From positions 1-64,000 of the forward strand of contig DF237410.1 of the NCBI GenBank assembly GCA_000708835.1: DNA of 64,000 nt, read 5' to 3'. Position numbers and translations under genes: made by a program. Shown in pieces: positions 38,300 to 49,700 of this stretch (positions are counted from its first letter, which is position 1; the number at the start of each line of letters is the position of its first letter). Source of the stretch: Klebsormidium nitens (taxonomy: Eukaryota > Plantae > Klebsormidiophyceae). The notes below the pieces were generated by a model. That model saw only the letters and a list, made by a program, of their open reading frames with translations. It was not told where the DNA came from and did not search any database.

Positions 38300-39130
38300 T
38301 ATTCGTAAAACGGAACAGACGCATTTCTAGCAAGATTCCCCCTCAAAGGTGCTGAAAAACGTGGAGCCGTTTCTCCCAAGTTATACTTAGGTTTTCCATG
38401 CATGGCTGTTAAAATCCATCGGACAAGCTGGAAATGTAGGATAAAATGTGTCGGCTTATTAAACTGGAAGGAGGCATGCCTCCGTTGGCCCAATGGTATA
38501 TCGGTGGCCTTATTCTTTAGTGTCTTGGGTATAATCGAGGCGCACTTTCCCACCCCCTTTACCTATAACCACCGTTTAATATATAGCTCGGCCCAATTTC
38601 CAGAACCTTTGAATCGATGCGGCTCCCTTCCAAATACGCTATCTCCTGGGGGAGAGTGACCGCCCCTCCGGTACTGCATGCTACCTCGATCCATGCTACC
38701 TAGCTTTACACGATTTTCACCTCTCAACTAGCTCCCCTTTGCAACGATGAAAGAATAATCATCGAGCTGGCAGTATGTCGCAGAGACACAGCCACAATTC
38801 GGTTTGCATGACAGAAGTGAAAATAAATGGGATCAATGCTGCAATGCGACATACAGGGTTTGCTTAGAACACAACACCTCATGATGAGAGACACGAATGA
38901 ATCAGGAGAAATAAACACATGTGTGGGTTATGCAACATGATCGGTGTTTATGTGTTGTCAGAGCCCGTATGTGCCATCGCAAATGATGTGTTGCTATCGG
39001 TATATTGGGGTACAAAAGAGAGAAAAGGGGGGAACAGCAAAATGGTTGAAGCAACCCCCATACAGGAATCTGACTGAGAAGGTTAACCAACGCGCAAAGC
39101 CGCGACACTTTGACAGTTAAATCCAAGAAT
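38300..39130 (-). mobile_element. Possible decayed Ty3/gypsy (chromovirus-like) 3' pol remnant
   Basis: Weak likeness of FQLVRWILTAMHGKPKYNLGE to a chromodomain (YLVRW.G....D.WEP..NL) and of SPLFSLLY to integrase TPF.L.YG. Fragmentary. Confidence 0.25.
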
Positions 39131-39148
39131 TATATCAAAATACATCTT

Positions 39149-39220
39149 CAACTGGGCGGAGGTATTATGTACAATTTCAACATCGTCACAACTGGGCGGA
39201 CATATTGTGTACAGTTTCAA
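39149..39220. repeat. Two-copy tandem repeat, period 40
   Basis: CAACTGGGCGGAGGTATTATGTACAATTTCAA vs CAACTGGGCGGACATATTGTGTACAGTTTCAA, 28/32 identical. Confidence 0.8.
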
Positions 39221-39338
39221 ATCGAAGTTGATCTACATATCTAGCAAGGGTCTATCTTTAAGGCCAAATGTTGCAGACTCTCTGCGAATTCCAAGTTTAT
39301 ACACGACTTCGTCGGGATTAGACTTCGGGGGCGTCATC

Positions 39339-42163
39339 TCAGAGTGCGGTCCTCTCTACCTCTAATGCAACTTCATTTCGCCTTAGAAATGGCAGTGTGA
39401 ATGGAGGATTAAACTGCAAAAAATGGACCTTCCAAATTAGAATCTATTGAGGAGGTACATACCAGAAAGCTGCAAAGGTGGAAGATACACAAGAAGCTTT
39501 ATTTTGTCAACCTTCGGTTGGGGCGATTCAGTCAATCTACGTTCATTTAGGCCTCTGTCATCAGCTCGAACAAGTCAATTGTTCAAGCCGAGTTTATGCC
39601 ATGCCACCAGGCAACAACCAGTGGGCTAGACTGCCTCTAAGTCCCTAATGGCTCACGTGTCCACCCGTATTTGGAAAGGCTCGATGTCAATCAGGCTTTG
39701 CACTTGCTCCCAATGTGCGCAAAAGTGTTGTGCTCATAAACGGCAAGGGCGTCCTTACCTGTGCAACTTCGGGAGTGGCCCCTGGGATGACCCGATACTC
39801 GGGTTCCCGCGCAAGAACGTTTCGAAGCTTGCGCTCTCGCTGCTCGACTTGCTGGTCACTCACGTAGCCGGAGAAGGCCACGACGGCCACCGTGCGCGCC
39901 GGGACCTCGCGGATGCGGACAGCGCCGTTGACGGGCTGGGGGATGCCCTTGCTCACGTTCTTGCGGGGAAGCACGAACGACATCCGCCAACCCTCAGCGC
40001 CAGGGCCACCCTGCAGAGGCAGACACGAGAAGCGGGGTCGGGCGCACAACAACGCTCTCGGTTCACGGTCAACCGTGCACCCTTCGTGGAAGCCGTTCTT
40101 GTCATGGTTCGACCAACGAACTCCCACAAATTAGCCATCTGATTACACAATATCAACAACGTTTACAAATTCATGCCGAGGTGACGCAAGAACTCAAGAA
40201 GAGACTTTTGAACGGTCAGTTGCAAACCATTCACAAAAAACTCCAAAACAAGGGCTCCGCCTGCCGCGCCTGCCCCCCTCCTTCGCGGCTCTACTGCGAG
40301 CAGGGCCGCGCCTGACCTGGCTGGTGACCACGGGCGTCGTCATGTCCATTGCCTCGCCGCGCGCGCTGCCCTGGCGAGTGATGACGGGCGTCGTCATCTC
40401 CATGGCCTCGCCACGCCGCTGCACCACGGGCGTCGTCATTTCCATGCCCGCGCGGGCGCTGTTCTGCAAACAAGCAACCACAGCCTTAGCACAGGCCCTC
40501 GAAGGGAGGCAACATCGACCAATAGAAGTTGACTTGACCAAGAAGAGCGTGCATCATATCGATTGGCAACGCCCGTGGAACTGTAGAGGCACTGTAAAGG
40601 ATGGCCGTGACTGGAGTCACCGTCCTATCATACGTTTCCAGAGGAGTTGTCACGAATGGAGTGTGCGGGGTCGCATGCTTATGCTGTGCGGGCTCCTCAC
40701 ATTTCCGAACAGATAGTCAGCCAAAGTGTTGAACGACGGCCCTGCCCCCGCAAAGTCGAAGGGCCGGCTGCCCATCTCGGTCTCCGCGACGAAGTAGGAC
40801 TGCATCAAACGAGATACGTCCAGTCATCTGTGCCCCAGTGTTCCCACCCGTTTCCATCACACATCTTTTAACACGGAAGATTGAGAACAAGGACTGGAGG
40901 GCTGTCTTTCACAGGGCCAATTGTTTGACGTGGTTGTCCTCACACAAAAGGATACAACAAAAATAAAGTGCAGCTGGCGGCAGAAAGGACCCGGCCGTAC
41001 CTCCACATCTCGAATCTCGTAGTCGTCCGTCCGCTTCAGCACCCTGTAGGGGATGGTCTCCAGGTCGGGGGCTGCCCAAACCACACCACACAGCGCATCA
41101 GCAACAGCGCAGGCTGCTCGTGCCAAGTACATTCATTGGAAAGATGTTTCCAACAACTTCGTATTGGAATATCTCGAAACAAGTGATAAACAGAACCAGG
41201 GGTAACAGGGTATCAAGCGGCGATCCCACACAAGTGATAACGTCTAGCGTTCTGCCATGCTGCACCCCGCCTCCAAGCCAGGAGAGCAATTCTGCGTGTG
41301 TGCCCTGCCAGCATCCTGAGCTGTTGCACAGCATCCAGGGGCACTCACTCGCCATCAGCGCTTCCTCCAGGTTCCTGGCATCCCCCGAGCGCCGTGGATT
41401 CACATACTTTGAAGCCTCTTTCGCTGCTTCTGTCACCACTGCAGGGGCAGGGAAGTCAGTGCTTTCAGTGCTCAAGCATTCTATCCTGTCACACAAGCAA
41501 AGATGGGATCCATTCAGAGTTGCATCCTACGAGCTGGGTGGCAGCTACAGCTACTCATTCTGGGGCCTGTCCACTTTGTTTCTCTTGAGTAAGAATGCTG
41601 GCGCCCTCAGCTCCAGACCCAACGTGCAGTCCAGACCAGCCGCTACCAGACTGGCACGCACACGGTCCTGGGCTCCCCAGATTTTGCAGGGTGCAAAGAG
41701 CATGTATCCAACCTGGTTGCAAGCTGCCAAGTCTTAAAATTGCAGCCTTATCAAGTGCTGAAGCAAACACAGGTAAGTATCCAGCCTCCTCTTGGAAGGC
41801 CTATGCAGGAGGCGCTAGGGGGGCCACCCTGCTGCATGCATCGCTGAACAGAACACCAGCAGGTGCCGAAGGCGTACCATCCTCTGTTCTGCGGCCAGCC
41901 TGTGCGCCAATCGCAAGGACCAGGCTCAACCTTCTCTCAGTGGGGTCCACCCCAACCCTCCGCAGCACGTCTGTGACGCTTTCAGTGACAGAGTCAGCCA
42001 AATACGCCGACACTCTCCGCAGGCGATGCTGCCGTCCGCCAAGAACAATCTTCCTGTGCAAGATCTGGCCCTCAAAGTCTTTGGGGCCCAGCAAACTGCC
42101 GGCAACTGAATGGCGACCAGGCAGATGAACCGGAGGAGAGGAACACAAGCTAGCGCCCGCCAT
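39339..42163 (-). CDS. SOUL haem-binding family protein, plastid type (At3g10130-like), 7 exons
   Basis: Motifs [52 protein letters not shown] and [10 protein letters not shown], ending [24 protein letters not shown]. All junctions are in phase. Confidence 0.92.
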
Positions 42164-43416
42164 CGTGCTGCTAAACTACAATTAGCTGACGAGCTAGGAA
42201 TCCTGTTGCCAAGGAAGATTCAAGTGCAGTTCATGGTACCTACTGATCCTGTCTGGCATGAACCTCCGTCCGCTGGCCTGGTTAAGTAATTTTTGGCGTA
42301 CCGGGCGCAGTCCGGGCATCCAACGGTGAAATCGTTCTATTTTCTAAGATCGGACGGTACGCCGATTGCCTTTGCTGAACAGAAGGCTGAGTCCATCCCC
42401 GCCTAAAGGTCGCAGAAAGGAGGGACAGCGCCCGAAAGTGGTGAAGTCCAAAATTGTTATTTTGCCCAGCACCTCAGACTGGCCGCCATGGCTGCCGACA
42501 TGGCTGAAATGAGCTGGGAGCAGCACCCATGACCAAAATTTCTCAAACCCAACGGCAACCTGAAGCTATGTGCAACCTATAAATTGAATACCAGCTGCTT
42601 TCAAAGGTAAATTTGATGCACATTCTCCCCCCAAATCCAAAATGTGCCTTTCAACCCTAAAAGGAGCCTCGGAGGCGCAATGGAGGTTTTGTTGAAAGTC
42701 GCCGGGGCAACTATACATCAAATTTTGCAATCTCAACGGCAAGACTGCTCTACAAAAAGCAATCCTAGCTTGCTGAAATGCAAAGTTTGTGGAGAAAGAC
42801 CTTCTACTCTCCCCCCACAGCCCGTCCCTGCCTCCTCAAGCCCTGAGCACAAGGCAGCCATTGCGGCAGTCTTCTGCTTCAAATTACTGGCTGTAGGTGT
42901 TCCGGTTTAGGCCTTGACTTCCGGGACTTTGGTTTTACTGAGCACTTTGTCAGTCTTGGGCAACCGCTGAAAGTGCCCGGGGATTCAGCGGAAGTGACCG
43001 TCGATGTCACTTCCTCTGGTTCTGAACCGTCCGATGCACATATTTATCTGAACATTCTAGGGGACAAGAAGTTTATGCCAGACAGGACTGATGGACACGA
43101 AGGACACTAGCGCGAGGAAACCCTGGTGCCAGTGTTCCAAAACCAAACCCAGCGTTTCAAAGTGGTCTTCTTCTTCTTCATGGACTCGGATTATGTAACC
43201 TTGATTGTGCTTTAGAACCTGGCCTGTTCTGAAAGTTGGTTTCGTACAAGTTTACCCTAACCAGAGCTGATCGTGTTCCTGTCGTCGTGCACCACATCAG
43301 GCAGGCTGGCATTGCACCATGCCCCTCGACAGCTTCAGGCCACAAGACAGCGAGCTTTTCCAGCATTTTCAACACTGACAGTCCGAAGCACGACGCTTTG
43401 AATGTTTTCAATCTCA

Positions 43417-45379
43417 ATGATGAACCGGTTTGTGGAGCAAGAAAGCCCCGAGAGACCCCTATCAGAAGGAGAAGCGCAAGAGCTGGCCTCCATTCTGCAC
43501 CGTCAGCTTGGTAGAAATCTCAGGAAGGCGCGGCGGCGGTTGTTTCATGGTATGAAAACATTCTTGCATCTGAAGTCACCCTTGGATTAGCTGCATTCAG
43601 AACTGCACCTCTGCAAGTCATCATGTGATCTCCTGCGAAGTGGCCAGCCTTGAAGAGTGCTTGATGCTTTCTGACGCTCTTTCTGGAGTATTTGCTGATT
43701 GACTATGACCACAAGTTTCTACAGTTCCTCGGCTCTGTATTTCTGAGCAGACCTGCTGTCTCTAAGCTCGGGCCTACGGGACGTTGTGATGCTGGACTAC
43801 GTGGTGGCCTCCCGGGAGGAGCTGCGCCCCCTGCTGGGCAGCCTGGCGCGCCTGCCGCGGCTGGCCGACACGCGCCTCCTGCACATGGGCGGCTGCCTGT
43901 ACCTGGCCAAGCTGGCCGCCCTGCTGCAGCGAGTGCCCACCAGCAGCACGCCCCCCACCGCCACGCAGCCCCTTGGAGTGGTGGTAGATGAGGGGGAACC
44001 ACGAGTGAGGGCTCTAAGCTGGTCCCCGCCGTGAGTTTGAAAGGAATTGGTGATTTGCAAAGTTGACAGCTGTCCAGGTGCCCTCTCGAGATTGTGCATC
44101 GTACTCTGCGACCAGTACACACGTTGGGCATGCCACCACCCTGGCAAGAGGTGGTGTGCCCCGTTGTTTGCCATTTTGACTGTTTTCCCTGCAAATGCAG
44201 CGGATGTGACTTCAGTTGGTAAAGTTTGTCACTGCAGTCGAGTGCCTCTCCTTCCATGACCACCTCCGCCAGTTTGCCTCTGGCCTGGCCGCAGCTGCTG
44301 CTAGCGCACCAGAGGCGCAGCAGCCTGCCCCCCCCCTCTGCATCGACCTGGAGGGACTCCTGATGGAGCAACCCCTCCCCCTGCCCAGCCTCAACGGGTG
44401 AGCTAGGCTGCCCACTTAGGCTGGCTCTCATAAGCAGTCTGGAGAAAACAAACAGGAAGCTTCTTATGACATCTCCGAGCTTGCCTATGATAGTTTTCAA
44501 GTTTCTTGGACTTGCTCCAGCGTCAAATGGACTTGCTCTCAACAGTCGACCCTTGCCTTTCTCCTGCTTACACTGCTGCCTTGCAGGTGGCTCCTTGGTT
44601 ACCCTGCGGTGTACCTGTTCCATCTGACCCGCGGCCCCCGCGCTGCGCGCTGCCTCTCGTCCGCTTCCCTTCACCTTTTCCAGCTGCGGGCTTGCTGGTG
44701 GGGCAGCTTCTTAGTTAAGGTTCTTCCTTGAACATTTGATGGAGTCGAAGGGCTTGCAGCTCAAACGAGTATCGTGTTAGAACTTGTGTTGCTACTTCTG
44801 GGAAGCTCCACCTGGTGAGAAGAATTGGTTGTAGCCCAACCAAGCCCCATTTTCCTCTCTCTGTACTTAAACTGGTGTAACCGACGTGGACAGTTGGGAC
44901 ACTAATTCTCGGCCCAAAAGTTTCTGACCCGCCTACCACTCACTTGCAGCCGTTACAATGTAGATACTGAACAACGCTCTCCAAACACTGGACATCAAAG
45001 AACCGGCAACGACATTGCGCTTTGCAGGTAATATTTCTCGATCCCCTAGACATCAATATTGAGACATTCTGTTGTAGCCTTCACTCTTTCGTGGGTCCAG
45101 ACTGAGAGATAGGATGCACGAATGGAGGACTTGGGTCTTGTGGAAGACAGAACCTTCTTGTCGTCATTAATCATCCCTCGAACTTACTCAGATAATTATT
45201 TTCTTTGTTTCAACAGCTTTTCCGTCCCGGCTTCTTTGAGTACTCAGCAGTTCGAAGAGCCTTGGGCTCAGGCGTTCAAGTCTGAAATTTTAAGGAAGTT
45301 GGCTAAGAACGAAGACCGCACTTGGGAGACCTTGACGTTCGACTGCACTCTACAAGCGCCTCAGACGATAGCCCTATGA
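43417..45379 (+). CDS. DUF4504 / C1orf74 (UPF0739)-like protein, about 6 exons
   Basis: Motifs LLSLSSGLRDVVMLDY, PSLNG-WLLGYPAVYLF and LCS-FSVPASL, ending QTIAL*, match the family pattern. The start codon and one internal junction are uncertain. Confidence 0.75.
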
Positions 45380-46714
45380 TCAGAAAAGGCCAGTTGTTGC
45401 GGGCCATATGTGAATGTGTATGAAGAACATGTTTTGATTTAGGTCCAGACGAACCCTAAAGCTCGACCGAATTCTAAGCTCAGTGTTGTTCAATTTGGTG
45501 CATGCGGGAGTCATGCTCGAGGGGTGCATGCGGGGATCAGTCTCCTCGAGCCTGATCGTAGATACCTATATTGCCAGTTGAATTTCCCAAGTTAAAACCT
45601 AGTCATTAACATAGGTTCTTAAGACTGGCCCTGGCCACGTCCCTGGCCGGGTTTCCTTACCTGAATCTTTGTGCGTAGTGCACTTGAATATAGCCTGTAT
45701 ATGTGTGTGTCATACTTAATCCGGCGACTGGAGGGCCATGCCGGCCACTGTGGTTGGTGAGCATGGTTGGCGTGACCCGCCTTGGGCGTGCCAGGCGGAC
45801 CTGAGAGTTCCATGATCCGGCCGGCAAGCGGCATCAATAGAGATATGCCATGTACGCAGTGCCACATGCAGCCGCCTGTCAACCAGTGTGGCGCTCAGGC
45901 AAAGGACGTGTGGGTACGTGTGATCGCTGACATCAAATTCAGCGATGAACTTATGGAATCAGGTCGAGGTATATAACTGCACATGCTGGCCAAGCAATCA
46001 AGCAAGTTTGAAATGTCCATCGATAGTAAACTCAAGCTCCATTTGCCACTCACCAACCAATAGCCTGTTGCATGGCCCCATGCAAACGCGGACTCAAGGA
46101 TCAAGCATTAAGAAAGCGCTTAGGGTAGCATGCCCGGCCACCTCACAGCATGTCCGAATTCCGATGTGGTGCACATGCCAGACTCATGAGCACCCGGCAT
46201 GCCGTAACAGATCCCACAATCGATCGAGGTTTTGGCGCTTGCATGATCACTGATTGATGCCATCAACCTCAAAAATTGGACATATCTTGCAATTCGGGTA
46301 TACACTACAGCTCAGACACTGGCATGAACCGTGGAAATTAGGCCGCGAAGTGAGGTTCTGCGATCGAGCACGACCGTCCGTATGCATGCTCAAGTTGATT
46401 CTGCGCAACTTACATTGTGAACGCCCACTGAAGGTCCACGACCGGACGCGCCTGACAAGCTAAGTGTACGCAATACTCAATCCGATTGCTGATTGGAAGC
46501 CTGGCAAAATCATGATCACTCTGTATCTTAATATTGGCAACTTTGCTAACCGAATCTCTTGATTCACATAAGCGGATGCGTGCGCCGATCAATCTCTAGC
46601 TGGCAGCTCATTGATCAAAGAATGTGCATTCCTATTCTCTTCAAATATTTATATAGCGCAGCCTCACGTCGACCAGAAACGCTAGCCTTTAAGCTCTCAG
46701 ACGCTGCATGCGGC

Positions 46715-49700
46715 CTATTGACTCCGGCTCTTGAGGTACGTGTACGACTTGAGGCTGCGGTTGAAGTTCATGAGCAGCGCGGAGGCGTCCTCCAGCGTGA
46801 GGCGCCCCTCGTCGACGGCCTCCTCCGCCTCGTTGCGCAGGCTCTCCATCATGTCCTCGCCCTCGTACTGCACCGTCCGCAGCACCTCCTCCATCGTCTG
46901 CCCCTTCACCACGTGCTCGATGGCGTACCCGCCCGCCGCGCGCCCCGGCTTCGGCTTGGCCCGGATGTGCACCACGTTGAGCCCGCCAAACAGGTTGTGC
47001 AGGCTGCCCATCACCTCCTGCGACGGCCACCCGTGCGTGTCAGCGCAGCACGAGGGAGGAGCAGAAAAAACTTTTTCAATAACGACTCCGACTGCCGAGA
47101 GCAGACCCAAAGAAGGATACTGTATCGGTACGGAGCGGAGAAGATCAAGAAGATGGCTTCTTTGTGTGCGGCGCGTGCGCGGCCGCTGACCTGGTAGACG
47201 CCCCCCAGGAACATGCCCAGGTAGTAGGCCTCCCCCTGCCGCAGCTCGTGCACGGGCAGCACCGAGCTGGGCGTGCTGTCGGGCCCGATGAAGCGCGTGA
47301 TCTTGCCGTCGCTGTCGCACGTCAGGTCCGCCAGGGTGGCCTGCACCACCCATCGCACGCGTGCGCTAAGCACGACAGCCACTGCGCAAAAAACCTGCCC
47401 CCTACGATCGGGAAGTCTGCACTGTCAATCACAAAGATTTGAGCGCGTGGAGCTGCGGATTGAAGCTCAGGTGCGCTCACCATGGTGGTTGGCTCCTCGC
47501 TGAGGCGCTGCAGGGGCATGATGGGGAACAGCTGGTCGATGGCCCACGTGTCTACGGCCGACCGGAACACCGACAGGTTCACGTGGTACCTGGACAGGCG
47601 GAACAGAGGCGTCTTAGTCGCCCGGCAGAGGCAAGTTCCGGCCATCCTATCAGCGAAGCCGGCTGGAGCTGCGGACGGACACCGGTTGGAGCGATCCCGT
47701 GCGCTACTCAGTTGCAAACGCACCAATGTCAAAACGTACCAAAGTCAACAACGCGCGGGACCTCTCCGCAGGAGGGGCATGCTGCAGTCGGCAAGGCCGC
47801 AGGAGGGGCCACGGGCAGGGGGCTGCTCACACTGACGCCATGGCCTCGCTCAAGGCGCTCAACTCTGCGGGCATCTGCGGCTCGTTGCGCGCGTACGCCA
47901 ACACGCGGTGACAGATGGCCGTGTGCAGCGACTCGGCCTGTGCGCGCTGCTCCAGGCTGCGACCAGGGAACACGCGGCGCTGTTATCGACGCACAAAAGA
48001 GAGACGCCGACCAACGGACAATCTTATCAAACGAAACCAAACCGTTCAAAAGGAGACTTCATTGTTTGAAATGCAATGCAGAATATAGAGTGCACCTTTC
48101 GGAATGCATGTCCTAGGAGTCGCATTTTCAGAGCTCCTTACAAGATCGGTTAGTTAACGCTCAACGACCGCCATGTTTGTGGGCCTCGTTAACGAGATGT
48201 TGCTGAAGAACGCGTGATCCGCCTCGTTCAAGTCCGCTGCTGACTGCCGCAGCCGAGTATGGGCGGCTCCGATCCGGAGCGCAGGCGTTTGCTTACCTCA
48301 GGCAGCCGAGCTTGAACAGGTTGGCCGCCTCTTGCTTGAACTGCTTCGAGTCGTTGAACGCCTCCTGAGAACCACCAGAAGGCCAGAGGTCAGAAAGATG
48401 TATGAAGGGCAGTCGACGACAACCTGGTCATAGTAAGTGCACAAAATCGCAGGGCTGAGCAGGCCGACTGTTCGAACGCTAGGAGAGTACCCGCTCCCCT
48501 TCCCCCTGGCTGCCCCCGCCCCTGGGCCGCACCTGGAAGTTGGTCTGGTCGATGGTGGCGAAGACTTGGTAGAAGGTGGAGAGCAGGTACTGGCCGGGGT
48601 CGCGGCGCGCGGGCTGCAGCCCGTTGGTGGCGAGGCCGTCCTGCTTGGGCGGCCACCCCTGCTGGATGCTGCCCAGCCCCGCCGCGTGGTGCTCCTCCAG
48701 GACCGCCAGGTTGCGCAGCGCGTCGCTCTCCGCGTTCTCGCTGTCGTTCAGCACGTCGAATACCAGCACCGCCGAGTGCGAAGCCAGCGCGCGGCCCGAC
48801 TCGGACGCGATCACGGGCTGCCGCACGCCCTTCACCACGCACGCGTCCAGCAGCGCCGCCACCACGTCGTTGGCGTAGTTCTGCGGAGAACAGCGACGGC
48901 GGGCACCGGGTGAAGTCATGCTCCGGGAGCCCGACGGCAGACCGACAGCAGTGAAAGTTTCCAACCAAAAGGAATCCGCCCGATATTGGAGAAGTGCGCG
49001 ACTGGAGTTGGACTAGCAAGTCGCAAAACGGGTTCGGAAGGTGTCAATCATGTTCGCATCCGTCACAACGTCATTTACAGCAATGTCAAACAGGAAAGGA
49101 GCACGTCCGCTCTTTCAAAAATCTTCTCGATGCTTGGAAGGAGCGGAAAAGATTCTTGCGGGTCTCGCAAGCAGTGATTCGCGAACGGACCGAACTTCCT
49201 TTCGATCTGACTCTTGGCCCGTTTTCCGTACGACCCTTGGCAGGACTAACAGCGCAGTGCGGACTCTTGCTAGGCACGCCTTCGTCAGTGATTGTAAGAA
49301 GAAGGACGGGAAGATGATCGGTCAGATCTTTGGCGACTTGCCTGCATGCTGTAGTTGGTCGACGCCCCCGACCTGTTGCCCTTCGTCCCGTCGTAGTCGA
49401 TGCCCAGGCCTCCCCCGACGTCGATGTACCCCTGCAACGACACATGCCGCTCGTGAGACGCAGGTTCTAAAGTACTAAGAGTCAAGCTGGTCACTGCAAA
49501 CGGGTGCAGGGCCCCTTCTAAAACAAGGCGTGTGACCGGGTTGGGCGTCATTGAACTTCTAAGGAGCGCCCCCTGGGTTGCCAGGGGCAGCCGTCAGTTC
49601 CGCCGGGGCGGGCTCACCATGGCGGCCCCCATGGTGGCCAGCTCGCAGTAGAGGTGGCTGCCCTCGCGCATGGCCTCCTTGATGATGGCGATGTCCGCCA

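Noticed and set aside
48150-48260. Codon-biased-looking stretch inside an ADC intron
   Set aside because: Every frame tested closes quickly, and the flanking ADC exons join in frame without it.
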